A stretch of 64,000 nt of DNA from Thermodesulfobacteriota bacterium (lineage in GTDB: Bacteria > Desulfobacterota > Desulfobacteria > Desulfobacterales > SURF-7): assembly GCA_049320885.1 (NCBI GenBank), contig JBMORA010000048.1, forward strand, positions 1 through 64,000, read 5' to 3'. Of this stretch, positions 9,289 through 18,753 are shown piece by piece; position 1 is the first letter of the stretch, and each line of letters begins with the position of its first letter. The position numbers were made by a program, and so were the translations under genes. Under the pieces are notes generated by a model. The model had not been told where the DNA came from, searched no databases, and saw only the letters and a program-made list of their open reading frames with translations.

Positions 9289-10848
9289 TCATTTCTCTGG
9301 ATATCCGGTGATATCCCTGATTTCCTTGTAAAGCCCCTCCAGGGCCGGATACATTTTTTGATACACGCGCTCAAACAACTCCCGATAGACGCCGACATTT
9401 CGTTGATCCGGTTCGAACACCCGGTCATAGACGACCATGGCCTGAATGGCCTCTTCAAAGGAGGAATAGACGCCTAGACCCACGGCCGTCACGATGGCGG
9501 CCCCCAGCCCCGACGTCTCAAAGGTTCTTCCCCGCACCAGGGGCAGATTGATGATATCGGCCGAGATCTGACAGATCTCATCGCTCTGGGAAGCTCCGCC
9601 GGAAACCGCCAGCCGTTGGAAACGGCTGCGGCCGCGTTTTTCCATTTTCTGGATACCGTCCAGCAACCCGTAGGCCAGGCCTTCGATGACCGCTCGATAC
9701 ACATGGGCCTTGGTGTGCACATCACCGAAACCGATCATGGCGCCCTTGGCGCAGGGTTCCTTCAAACCCGGACTCCAATACGGCTGCACCACCAGTCCCA
9801 TGGAACCCGCAGGCGCCTGGGTCAGCAAACGGTTCATGACCATTTCCGCCGGAACCCCCTTTTCCGCAGCTTCCATCATTTCCTTGTGGGCGAATTCGTT
9901 CTTGAACCAGGTGATCATCCAATAGCCGCGGAAAATTTCCACTTCCGGATTGAAATGCCCCGGAATGGGCGCCGGATAAGGCGGCATGAACGGCAGGGTT
10001 TCGAAATATTTTCTGGAGGTGGTCTGGACCGTGGCGGTGGTCCCGAAGCTCAGGCTGGCCATGTCCTGGGAGAGCACGCCCATGCCGATGGTTTCACAAC
10101 CCTTGTCGGAACCGCAGGCGATCACCGGTGTCCCCGCCGGAATGCCCGTCTGCCCTGCCGCCTTTTCGGTGATGACGCCGATCCGTCCGCCCGGCTCCAC
10201 CAGTTCCGGAAGTTTTTCCGGTTCAATCGGAAAACAGAGATTGGCGAAATTGAGCAGCTCGCCCGGTTTGCCCCATTGCATTTTTCTGTAGTTGAAGGGT
10301 ATATGCCCGATCTGCGACGCCACGGAATCACGGAATTCGCCGGTCAAGCGGCAGTTCAGAAAACCGGAAACCTGGAGATACTTGTGGGTCTTGGCCCAGA
10401 TTTCCGGTTCATTCTGACGGATCCAGTTGCATTTGCCGTCCCGCTGGGTTTTTTCCAGGGCTTCCTCCATCTTGACAATCCGCAGAGCCGTTTTCAGCAG
10501 GCCGCCGGGATGATATACGGGTTCCGCCTTGCGCTGGTCCAGCCACACCATCAGGGGGCGCAGGGGGTTTCCCTCCCGGTCCACGTTGACCATGCTGGCC
10601 CGCAGGGTGCTCACTCCCACGCCCTGGATCCGCTGGAACAATTCACCGTGTTTTTCCTTGAGGAGCCCGCAGGCCCTGCAGAGGCTGTCCCAGTATATTT
10701 CCGCATCCTGTTCGGCGTACCCGGGCCGGGGGCTCTGATAAGGTGCGTAAAATTGCTGGGATTTGTCGATCAATTCCCCGCTGATGGAAAACAGCATCAC
10801 CCGCAGGCTTTGGGTGCCGCAGTCGACGGACAAAAACACTTTTTCCAT
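9289..10848 (-). CDS. FGGY family carbohydrate kinase
   Basis: LSVDCGTQSLR, WLDQR, SFGTTAT, RAVIEGLAY, SGGASQS motifs; ATG 10848 preceded by AGGAGGGG. Confidence 0.92.
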   Translation of the reverse strand: MEKVFLSVDCGTQSLRVMLFSISGELIDKSQQFYAPYQSPRPGYAEQDAEIYWDSLCRACGLLKEKHGELFQRIQGVGVSTLRASMVNVDREGNPLRPLMVWLDQRKAEPVYHPGGLLKTALRIVKMEEALEKTQRDGKCNWIRQNEPEIWAKTHKYLQVSGFLNCRLTGEFRDSVASQIGHIPFNYRKMQWGKPGELLNFANLCFPIEPEKLPELVEPGGRIGVITEKAAGQTGIPAGTPVIACGSDKGCETIGMGVLSQDMASLSFGTTATVQTTSRKYFETLPFMPPYPAPIPGHFNPEVEIFRGYWMITWFKNEFAHKEMMEAAEKGVPAEMVMNRLLTQAPAGSMGLVVQPYWSPGLKEPCAKGAMIGFGDVHTKAHVYRAVIEGLAYGLLDGIQKMEKRGRSRFQRLAVSGGASQSDEICQISADIINLPLVRGRTFETSGLGAAIVTAVGLGVYSSFEEAIQAMVVYDRVFEPDQRNVGVYRELFERVYQKMYPALEGLYKEIRDITGYPEK

Positions 10849-10919
10849 ACTCCCCCTCCTTCCATTGCATGCTTGAGCACCGGGCGTGTGATGTTGCCCT
10901 GGGTGCTGATTCCGGATGG

Positions 10920-12479
10920 TCATTCCTTATTCACCACATGCGCCCGGCGGTGTAATTCCGCATAGGCTTGCTTTTCCGCTTCCCAGCGCCGCTCGTCCCA
11001 GGTCAGCTTCGGTTGGCACAATCCCTGGATACGTTCCATGTAGGGGAAGCCGCCTTCGGGGGTTAGAATGCCGATGCGCACGCGCCGCAGCAGAAGATCG
11101 GCGAGGTGCCGGATCTTCTCCCGGCCGGCGACGAACGGCAGCTCGGCCCAGAGGGTTTCGGTGCCCGGGATCACCTCCAGGTCTTTCAACTCCGCCTGCC
11201 GGACCAGGTCCGAAGCGGCATGGCCATACCGGCCGCAGAGTCTTCTCCAGGCCGAAGGCGTCAGGTTTTCGGGAACCACGCCATATTCCGGTACGACGGC
11301 GAACACGGATTCATCCTCGGGGATATTATCTGTGAGATTCGGAATGAACGGTCGCGCCGCTTTCAGCGTGTCCACCGCCATTTTCCGGAAAGTGGTCAGT
11401 TTGCCGCCGGTAACGGTGATCAGACCTTTATCCACCCAGACGACATTCTCCCGCGATTCCTTGGACGGGGCCAGTTTGCCCTCGCTGAGCACCGGCCGGA
11501 CACCGGCAAGGCAGGCGATGGCTTGTTCCAGGCCGACCCGGAAGGATGGAAAAAACCAGTGCAGCCCTTCCATGAGATACCGGGCCTCGCTCATGGTGGT
11601 GGCCGGTTCCTGGTCCAGATCGCTGTCGTGGTCGATATCCGTTGTTCCCAATAGTACCACGCCCTCCCAGGGGGAAATGAAAACCGGCCGCTTGTCCGCC
11701 GGATGGAAAAAACTGACCGTATGGGCCACCGGCAAAGCGGAATAGGGAAAAATCAGATGACTGCCCCGCAGGGGTCGCAGATGGAGGTGCTCCCGGGGCG
11801 ATGGGTGAAGCTTCTCGGCCCAGACTCCGGTGGCATTGACCACCGCGCTGGTGTTGATTTCCACGGAGACACCGGTTTCCGTGTCCTTGAGGGCCAAGCC
11901 GGCGACCGCTCCCGCAGCGTTTCGCAGCACCGCCTCTACGGACATATAGTTGACCGCCGTTCCGCCCCGGGCGACGCCTTCCTCGATGAGTCGCAAAACC
12001 AGTCGGGCGTCGTCCACCTTGGCGTCCCAGAACCGGAACCCGCCCACCAGATGCTCCTCCTTGATATCAGGGAGCAAGGAACGGAACAATTTGGGATTCA
12101 GATAACTGTGCTGCTTTTCGCTGGCCATCAACCCATAGATGGACAGGCCGATTTCCAGGGAGCGCTTGCCGGGTCCGTGATCGCTGTATACCGGCACCAG
12201 GATTTCCAGCGGCTCCACCAGTCCGGGTGCCTCGTTGAGCAGGCGTTCGCGTTCCCTTACCGAGGTCCGGGTCAACAAAAATTTACCTTCCTTCAAATAC
12301 CGCAAGCCGCCGTGTACCATCTTCGATGACCGGCTGGAAGTGCCCCAGGCAAAGTCTTTTTTCTCCACCAGCAGCACTTTCAGGCCGCTGCGGACCGCTT
12401 CCCGGAAAACACCGGCGCCGGTGACGCCGCCGCCGATGATCACCAGATCCCAGTTTGTTTCCATTTGAATGAGTTCCAT
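10920..12479 (-). CDS. glpD: FAD-dependent glycerol-3-phosphate dehydrogenase/oxidase family protein
   Basis: IIGGGVTGAG, GTSSRSSKMVHGGLRYL, DDARL, VNATGVW, GTTD, AGVRP, GGKLTTFR motifs. Confidence 0.88.
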   Translation of the reverse strand: MELIQMETNWDLVIIGGGVTGAGVFREAVRSGLKVLLVEKKDFAWGTSSRSSKMVHGGLRYLKEGKFLLTRTSVRERERLLNEAPGLVEPLEILVPVYSDHGPGKRSLEIGLSIYGLMASEKQHSYLNPKLFRSLLPDIKEEHLVGGFRFWDAKVDDARLVLRLIEEGVARGGTAVNYMSVEAVLRNAAGAVAGLALKDTETGVSVEINTSAVVNATGVWAEKLHPSPREHLHLRPLRGSHLIFPYSALPVAHTVSFFHPADKRPVFISPWEGVVLLGTTDIDHDSDLDQEPATTMSEARYLMEGLHWFFPSFRVGLEQAIACLAGVRPVLSEGKLAPSKESRENVVWVDKGLITVTGGKLTTFRKMAVDTLKAARPFIPNLTDNIPEDESVFAVVPEYGVVPENLTPSAWRRLCGRYGHAASDLVRQAELKDLEVIPGTETLWAELPFVAGREKIRHLADLLLRRVRIGILTPEGGFPYMERIQGLCQPKLTWDERRWEAEKQAYAELHRRAHVVNKE

Positions 12480-12496
12480 ACCCGTTTTCCTTCTTT

Positions 12497-13201
12497 TTAC
12501 AATGCCGGTGAGGGCTGGAGATTCAGCCAGATCTCGATGCTTTTTTTCATGACGTCCCGCACCACTGTTTCCACCCGGTCCAGGTCATCCGGCAAGGCGG
12601 CCAGCAAACCGCGATAATAATCGCCGGAGCTCTCCCGGGCGATTTCCAGGCTGAAATATCCGGCGGCCAGACGTTTGTAGATCTGTTCGAAGTCGTTCAA
12701 AATCAGCGGATATACCCGGTTGCGGCACTCCCGAACGAACAGTTCCTGCAGCCGCCAGTCGAACCGCACGAAAGTTCCCGCATCCGCCCGGGGCTCCGGA
12801 GCTTCCCGCAAGTGCTCCATGAGTCTGGCGGCGGCATGTTCGGCCGCCCCCCTGGCGCAGACCGGCAGGATGGTCAACCGTACTTCCAGCAGATTGGTGA
12901 TGAAACCATCCGGTATCTGCTCCGCATACCGCGACATGGTGGCCAGCATCCCCAGCCCACCCTGGTTCCAATAGTCGTTCACCAGGGTGGGCTTGCCGTG
13001 CCGAATGGTGATCCAGCCTTCCCGGGCCAGACGCTGCAGGGTTTCCCGCAGGGTAGGCCGGGTAACGCCCAGTTGCCGGGCCAGATCCCGCTCGTTCGGC
13101 AAGGCGGACCCCACCGGAAGGCTCTCGGTCAATATGGCCGTTATCAGGCGATTTTCGGCGAACTGGGTCGGCCTCAGGGGTTGCCCATCGGTCTGATTCA
13201 T
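12497..13201 (-). CDS. fadR: Fatty-acid metabolism regulator FadR (GntR family)
   Basis: N-terminus LPNERDLARQLGVTRPTLRETLQRLAREGWITIRHGKPT closely parallels gammaproteobacterial FadR ([36 protein letters not shown]). Confidence 0.85.
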   Translation of the reverse strand: MNQTDGQPLRPTQFAENRLITAILTESLPVGSALPNERDLARQLGVTRPTLRETLQRLAREGWITIRHGKPTLVNDYWNQGGLGMLATMSRYAEQIPDGFITNLLEVRLTILPVCARGAAEHAAARLMEHLREAPEPRADAGTFVRFDWRLQELFVRECRNRVYPLILNDFEQIYKRLAAGYFSLEIARESSGDYYRGLLAALPDDLDRVETVVRDVMKKSIEIWLNLQPSPAL

Positions 13202-13220
13202 GGCATGCGTTTCCTTTCTT

Positions 13221-13259
13221 CTGGTATGAGGTCATACCAGTTGCCATTTTACTTGTCAA
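13221..13259 (-). promoter_or_regulatory. fadR promoter with overlapping palindromic operator
   Basis: Perfect inverted repeat CTGGTATGA-GG-TCATACCAG (13221-13240); minus-strand TTGACA (13254-13259), 17 bp spacer, TGG-TATGAC extended -10 inside the palindrome. Confidence 0.8.
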
Positions 13260-13366
13260 ATGGAATTTTTTATGGATTCTTTATGCAGTAAACCCGGATG
13301 ATCCTGTTGTAAATTCTGGCGAATGGATGTAAAAGAAAACCAAACATTTCGGAATACGGGGGGGCC

Positions 13367-14329
13367 ATGAATCCAAGAATACCATCACACTGCCTGTTCC
13401 TGCTGTCCCTGATCGCCCTGTCAGCCGTGACGATCCCGCCGGGCCGCTCCGACGCCGCCGACCCGCCTCAGTACCAGGAAAAACGCTCCTGCATCCAGGC
13501 CGTGGACGGCTACGCCTATCTTTCGGAAAACATGACCCTGGCGGAAACACGTTCGGCAGCCTTCGCCAATGCCAGACGCCAGGCCCTGGAGGCGGCCAAA
13601 ACCTTCATCCGCTCCAAGACCAAGGTGACCAACTTCATGCTGGATTACGACACCATCTGGTCCGACAGCGAAGGCGCGGTGACTGTCATCGAACAGAAGG
13701 ACATTGGTATCGAGGACAACAAACGCTACCATGTCTGGATCAAGGCGGATGTGGAGTACGCCCTGAAACCCAAGCAAGGGGCAACCCCGGCCGCGGCGGC
13801 CGAAGGAGACCGGAACGCTCCCCTGACCGTCAAACTCTGGACTCCGGAAAAAAACTACCGGGAAGGCCAGAAAATCGAAATCTTCCTCCAGGGAAACCGG
13901 GATTTCTACGCCAAGATCGTCGACATCACCTCCAGCGGTGAGATTATTCAACTGCTGCCCAACAATTTTCGCAAAACCAATTTTTTCAAGGCCAATGAAA
14001 TCTATAAAATCCCCAACGAGGAGGATCAGTTCGACATGACCGTGGCCCCACCCTTCGGTCAGGACAAGATCATCGCCTATGTCAGTGAACTACCCCTGGG
14101 TGACGTGGCCATGGAACCCATGGCCCAGGGCGGACTGAACCAGTACCGGGGAACCGAGGAAAGCCTCGGGGTCCAGACCAGGGGCATTTTCCTGGGCGCC
14201 AAAAACGCCTCTCCCGTGAAGCCCGGATCGCCGGCCGGAAAACAATCACCGCCCGACAAACCCGGACAGCAGGAGGTTTCCGGAGTGGAATTTTTCGAAG
14301 CCACCTGGATCGTCAGCACCGGCGAATGA
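13367..14329 (+). CDS. Exported DUF4384-domain protein with FlgT-N/LPP20-like N-terminal domain
   Basis: Signal peptide; AETRSAAFANARRQALE motif; VKLWTPEKNYREGQKIEI...DFYAKIVDITSSGEIIQLLPN...YKIP...VAPPFG pattern. Confidence 0.75.
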   Translation: MNPRIPSHCLFLLSLIALSAVTIPPGRSDAADPPQYQEKRSCIQAVDGYAYLSENMTLAETRSAAFANARRQALEAAKTFIRSKTKVTNFMLDYDTIWSDSEGAVTVIEQKDIGIEDNKRYHVWIKADVEYALKPKQGATPAAAAEGDRNAPLTVKLWTPEKNYREGQKIEIFLQGNRDFYAKIVDITSSGEIIQLLPNNFRKTNFFKANEIYKIPNEEDQFDMTVAPPFGQDKIIAYVSELPLGDVAMEPMAQGGLNQYRGTEESLGVQTRGIFLGAKNASPVKPGSPAGKQSPPDKPGQQEVSGVEFFEATWIVSTGE

Positions 14330-14398
14330 GCTTTCCTACCGGGACAGTTCAATATAGGTGGGCGCCAAGATGGAGCTTTTTAGAAAATGATACGAACC

Positions 14399-16336
14399 AT
14401 GAAAACATCAACCCTGCCGTTCTTCCTCGTCCTGCTTGTCGGACTGTCCGGTTGCTACTACAACGTCAAAATGCCGCCCGTAGCCGATATCCAGATTCAA
14501 CCCCCGGGAACCCCCCTTCCCTCCCGGATGAGCCTGTATCTGTCGCCCCAGCTTAAATCCCATGTCTGGGTGGGCCGGGCCATGAACTTCGAGACCAAGG
14601 CCTATCGCTTCGAAATTCCCCTTGGGCCCTCCCTGGCCAATGCCTCCCGGGATACCTTTGAAAGCCTGTTCACCCACGTCAGCCTGGTGGACAAACCGGA
14701 AATCCAGCCCGGCACCGTGGGCCTGATCATCCCCAGCCTCAATTCCTACTACTTCGGCGTTTACGACCGCATCAAGTCCGCCGGCACCCTGCGGTCCTTC
14801 GTTTCCATGAACTGCAAGATCATCGACGGACAGGGGAAAACCGTCTGGGAAGGCAATGTGGAAGGCAGTGGCGAGAGACAAATGACCAACTATTTCAAAC
14901 GACCGGCCGAATGGAATGACAACCTGCCCCTGACGAGCCGGGACGCCATCGAGGACTGTTTCCGGAAGCTGGCCGGCCTGGTGGCCGACTCTCCGCAGGT
15001 CAAGGAATATGCAGCCAATCCGCCGCCGGTGGTCAAGCCCGTTGTCCCCCCGCCCCCGCCGCCTCCGCCGCCGCCGGTCATCGAAAAACCCAAGGAAGCC
15101 AGGCTGTATGTCAAGTCCGATCCAGAGGACGCCCGAATCCGCATTCTGAACATCCGGCCGGTGTATCGTCCCGGCATGGAGTTGCCCGGCGGCAGCTACC
15201 ACCTGGAAGTATCGAAGCCGGGGTATCAGACCAGAACCGAGTGGATCCGGCTGACGCCGGATGAGGAACGCCATGTGGAGATGGCCCTGGCCAAACTCGA
15301 TTCCCCTCCGGCCGCAGAGCAGGAAGAAGCTCTCCCGGCTCCGAAAGCCCCGGTCAGCGAGCCGGTCAAGACGGCGGCCCCCGCAACGGTGAAAGCCGAA
15401 TCTCCGCCCCTGAAAAAAAATCCGCTGCCTGAGACGAAACCGGAGGCACCGCCGCCGGAAACCGCCAAAAACCAACCTCGGGAAGAGGAAAGCAGCCTGT
15501 TTTCATTTCTATCGCCATCGGAAACAAAAGAGGAAGCGCCCCCGCCCCTGCCGGCGCGACAATACTGGGCGGTGGTCATCGGGATTTCCGCTTACTCCGA
15601 CACCCGCATCCCCTCGTTGCGCTATGCCACTGCCGACGCCAGATCGCTCTACAACTGGCTGGTTTCGCCCAAGGGCGGCAAATATCCGCCGCGCAACGTG
15701 ACCCTGCTTCTGGACAGGCAGGCCACCGGACGCAACATCAAAAATGCTCTCTTCAACTGGCTTCGCCAGGCCCTGGAAGAGGATGTGGTGATCATTTATT
15801 TCGCCGGACACGGGTCGCCGGACACCCCGGACACCCCGGACAACCTCTATCTGCTGCCCTATGACACCCAGTACGACAATATCGCCGCCACCGGCTTTCC
15901 CATGTGGGATATCGAAACCGCCCTGAAACGCTTCATCCACGCCAAAACCGTGGTGGTCGTCGCCGACGCCTGCCACAGTGGCGGTGTGGGCCAGTCCTTT
16001 GATGTGGCCCGGCGGTCGATTCGAGCGCTGGATGTCAACCCCATCGCCGCCCGCCTGGAGCAGTTGTCCGAAATCTCCGGCGGTGTGGCGGTCATCAGCG
16101 CTTCCGGCGACCGCCAGACTTCCCAGGAGGGCAAACAGTGGGGCGGCGGCCACGGCGTCTTCACCCACTTTTTCATGCAGGGCCTCAACGGCGATGCGGA
16201 CTACAACAACGATCAACGAGTGACCCTGGGGGAACTGATTCCCTATCTCTCGGAGCAGGTACGGCGAGCCACCCGGAGCGCCCAGAGCCCGACGGTTGCG
16301 GGAAAATTCGATCCGGCCTTGTCCATCGGAAGGTGA
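14399..16336 (+). CDS. Lipoprotein with PEGA domain and C-terminal caspase-like (peptidase C14) domain
   Basis: Lipobox LSGC; poly-Pro linker; PEGA-like LYVKSDPEDARI...YHLEVSKPGY; WAVVIGI, YFAGHG and DACHSG catalytic dyad; HGVFT; QSP. Alternative start at 14387. Confidence 0.88.
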   Translation: MKTSTLPFFLVLLVGLSGCYYNVKMPPVADIQIQPPGTPLPSRMSLYLSPQLKSHVWVGRAMNFETKAYRFEIPLGPSLANASRDTFESLFTHVSLVDKPEIQPGTVGLIIPSLNSYYFGVYDRIKSAGTLRSFVSMNCKIIDGQGKTVWEGNVEGSGERQMTNYFKRPAEWNDNLPLTSRDAIEDCFRKLAGLVADSPQVKEYAANPPPVVKPVVPPPPPPPPPPVIEKPKEARLYVKSDPEDARIRILNIRPVYRPGMELPGGSYHLEVSKPGYQTRTEWIRLTPDEERHVEMALAKLDSPPAAEQEEALPAPKAPVSEPVKTAAPATVKAESPPLKKNPLPETKPEAPPPETAKNQPREEESSLFSFLSPSETKEEAPPPLPARQYWAVVIGISAYSDTRIPSLRYATADARSLYNWLVSPKGGKYPPRNVTLLLDRQATGRNIKNALFNWLRQALEEDVVIIYFAGHGSPDTPDTPDNLYLLPYDTQYDNIAATGFPMWDIETALKRFIHAKTVVVVADACHSGGVGQSFDVARRSIRALDVNPIAARLEQLSEISGGVAVISASGDRQTSQEGKQWGGGHGVFTHFFMQGLNGDADYNNDQRVTLGELIPYLSEQVRRATRSAQSPTVAGKFDPALSIGR

Positions 16337-16343
16337 AAGAAAC

Positions 16344-16378
16344 AACTACGAATTACGAATGTTGAATTACGAATTGAG
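16344..16378. repeat. Degenerate 7-bp tandem repeat (AATTACG-type), 5 units
   Basis: AACTACG AATTACG AATGTTG AATTACG AATTGAG between the convergent caspase and rmuC genes. Confidence 0.7.
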
Positions 16379-16393
16379 GATAAAAGCCTTTAC

Positions 16394-17938
16394 CTATCCG
16401 TTTCCGCCCGTCTCCGTCTCATCCAGGTTATTCGCGGCATCGATCTCACTATGTGTCAGGGATAGAACCGCCCGGGCTTGATCCGTGGGCAGCTGCTCCA
16501 CGTCCCGCAGCCTTCGTTCCATGGCCCGGGTGCGGCGCGAGGAATCGTCCAGGGTATTGGCCATGGTGTGAATCTGCTTTTTCATTTTTTCCAGCACATC
16601 CCCAAATTTGGCGAACTCCGTCTTGACCGCCCCCAGGACTGTCCAGACCTCGCCGGCCCTTTTTTCAATGGCCAGGGTCTGAAATCCCACCCGCAGGCTG
16701 TTGAGTACGGCGGAAAGGGTCGTGGGACCCGCCGCCAGTACCCGATATTTCTGCTGCAGCTCGTCATGCAGCCCTGTCTGGCGAAGAATCTCGGCGTACA
16801 GGCCCTCCGTGGGCAAAAAAAGGATACCGAAATCCGTAGTGCGGGGTGGGTTGATGTATTTTTCCTGGATATCCCGGGCCATCCGGGTGACGGCGCGGCG
16901 CAGCTCGGCGGAGGCAGCCTCCACTCCCCCGGCGTCGGCAATCCGCGAGGCTTCCACCAGACGCTCATAGGCTTCCCTGGGAAACTTGGAGTCGATGGGC
17001 AGCCATACCGGCCGCCCCTGATCCCGCTCCCTTCCCGGCAGTTTGATGGCGAATTCCACGCTCTCCCGGCCCTCCCGGGTATGGACATTGCGTTCATACT
17101 GGTCGCTGGTAAGGATTTCCGAAAGAATGGCGCCCAGCTGGTACTCGCCCCAGGTGCCACGTTCCTTGACATTGCCCAGCAAGCGTTTCAGGTCCCCCAC
17201 ACCGGTGGCCAAAGTATGCATTTCCCCCAGCCCCCGCTGCACCGCCTCCAGGCGCTCGCTCACCAGCTTGAAGGACTCGCCGATCCGTTTCTCCAGGGTG
17301 TCGTGCAGCTTCTCGTCCACGGTCCGGCGCATTTCCTCCAGCTTTTTCTCGTTGCTTTCCTGGATCCGGCGGAACTGCTGGTCCAGGATCTCCCGGGCTT
17401 TTTGCTGTTCCTGGTGCTGAACCGTCTCCAGCCCCTTGAGGGCCGCGATCACATCCGATAGATGCCGACGCTGGTCTTCCATGACCTGCCGCAGTTTCTC
17501 GTCCACCGCCTGCCGGACCTTGTCGAAACGCTCCTCGGTAACGGCCCGCATTGCTTCGAGTTTGGTCTCCGTGCCGGACCGGATCTCCCGCAGCTCCGAT
17601 TTGGCGCCTTCCGTCAGTTTTTCGATCTCGGCCCGGGTGGCGGCAGCGGCCTCCCTCGTGGCCAGGATCAACCGGTCCATGGTGTCTTTCTGATGCTGAC
17701 CCAGGGTGTCGATGGTTCTCACCAGCACCTCATTGGCCCGGGCCTGGACCGAGGCCACCTCCTCCCGCAGCCCCCGGCCCTGTTTTTCCCCGTCCTCCCG
17801 GGCCAGGCGCAGTTCCTCCCGCAGGGTCTTTTCCAGATCCCGGGCAGCCAGCAGCCGAATTTTCATCATGATAAACAGCAGCAGAAACAACACCAGGGCC
17901 ACGGCCGCAAGCAGCACCGTTTCAACAATGGTCGGCAT
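16394..17938 (-). CDS. rmuC: DNA recombination protein RmuC
   Basis: N-terminal TM, long coiled coil, RGTWGE, LPIDSKFP, KYINPPRTTDFGILFLPTEGLYAE, GPTTL. Confidence 0.95.
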   Translation of the reverse strand: MPTIVETVLLAAVALVLFLLLFIMMKIRLLAARDLEKTLREELRLAREDGEKQGRGLREEVASVQARANEVLVRTIDTLGQHQKDTMDRLILATREAAAATRAEIEKLTEGAKSELREIRSGTETKLEAMRAVTEERFDKVRQAVDEKLRQVMEDQRRHLSDVIAALKGLETVQHQEQQKAREILDQQFRRIQESNEKKLEEMRRTVDEKLHDTLEKRIGESFKLVSERLEAVQRGLGEMHTLATGVGDLKRLLGNVKERGTWGEYQLGAILSEILTSDQYERNVHTREGRESVEFAIKLPGRERDQGRPVWLPIDSKFPREAYERLVEASRIADAGGVEAASAELRRAVTRMARDIQEKYINPPRTTDFGILFLPTEGLYAEILRQTGLHDELQQKYRVLAAGPTTLSAVLNSLRVGFQTLAIEKRAGEVWTVLGAVKTEFAKFGDVLEKMKKQIHTMANTLDDSSRRTRAMERRLRDVEQLPTDQARAVLSLTHSEIDAANNLDETETGGNG

Positions 17939-18009
17939 GTATTCCTCCGGATATATGTTGTACCACAGCCGGTCCGGGCACCATTTTCGGCAAGGTCTAT
18001 GGATCCCGT

Positions 18010-18753
18010 CTATGCAAGCGCCGCGGCAACGACGGCTCCGGTCACAGCCGAGTTGAAGTACGGCTCGGGGTCATGCGCGCGGTGTCCGTTGTCGATGAGC
18101 ATTTCCTCGACCCGGGGTCCGAACTTCTCCCGCAGGGAAACCGCTGCGGCTTTGTCGCCGACGGCGCGAATGTTCACCCACCGTTCGACGGCTCCCGGCC
18201 ATCGTCCTTTTCCTTCGATCGGGGGGGGATCGAGGTGTTTGAAAATCATCGGCGCTGCAAGCGGCGACCCAAGGGTCACAAACGTGTGTACCCGCCAGCT
18301 CGGATGATTGCACAATGCCATGTAAGAAAGCAGCGTCCCCAATGAATGGGCCACGAGCACACGGGTGTCGTCACCGACCATGGCTTCGGCCCGGGCGCGC
18401 ATCCGGACGCGAAGATCGGGTCTGGTGGCCATGATCGTCACCATATCCACAATACGGTCAAAGGCGGCGTCGCTCAGCGCCGTTTCAAGCGCGGCGATCA
18501 TGTTGCCGCCCGCGAGGTTCGCCAGGGATTCGGCGATGCCCGCCCGTGATTTCTGGAGCTGGAGATCGGCTTCCGTTTCGGGCTGCCGCCGAAAAAGATC
18601 GCCATAGAAACAGACATCGACATCCCCGTCGGCGATCTCGACATCGTGGTGCCACAGCCCGTCGCGCAGCGCCGGCAGCCAGCGCGCCTTCAATTCGTGC
18701 GGCCCCCAGAACTCATTGAACGCCCCGTGAACCAAAAGGATTCGTGCCATCAT
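18010..18753 (-). CDS. Alpha/beta-hydrolase (serine peptidase/lipase-like) protein
   Basis: LLVHG, YGDLF, VAHSLG nucleophile, VTLGSPL, WVN...GD, C-terminal HDPEPY. Confidence 0.8.
   Translation of the reverse strand: MMARILLVHGAFNEFWGPHELKARWLPALRDGLWHHDVEIADGDVDVCFYGDLFRRQPETEADLQLQKSRAGIAESLANLAGGNMIAALETALSDAAFDRIVDMVTIMATRPDLRVRMRARAEAMVGDDTRVLVAHSLGTLLSYMALCNHPSWRVHTFVTLGSPLAAPMIFKHLDPPPIEGKGRWPGAVERWVNIRAVGDKAAAVSLREKFGPRVEEMLIDNGHRAHDPEPYFNSAVTGAVVAAALA

Noticed and set aside
15021..15075. CCG-rich repeat
   Set aside because: Encodes the poly-proline linker of the caspase lipoprotein; not a separate DNA element.
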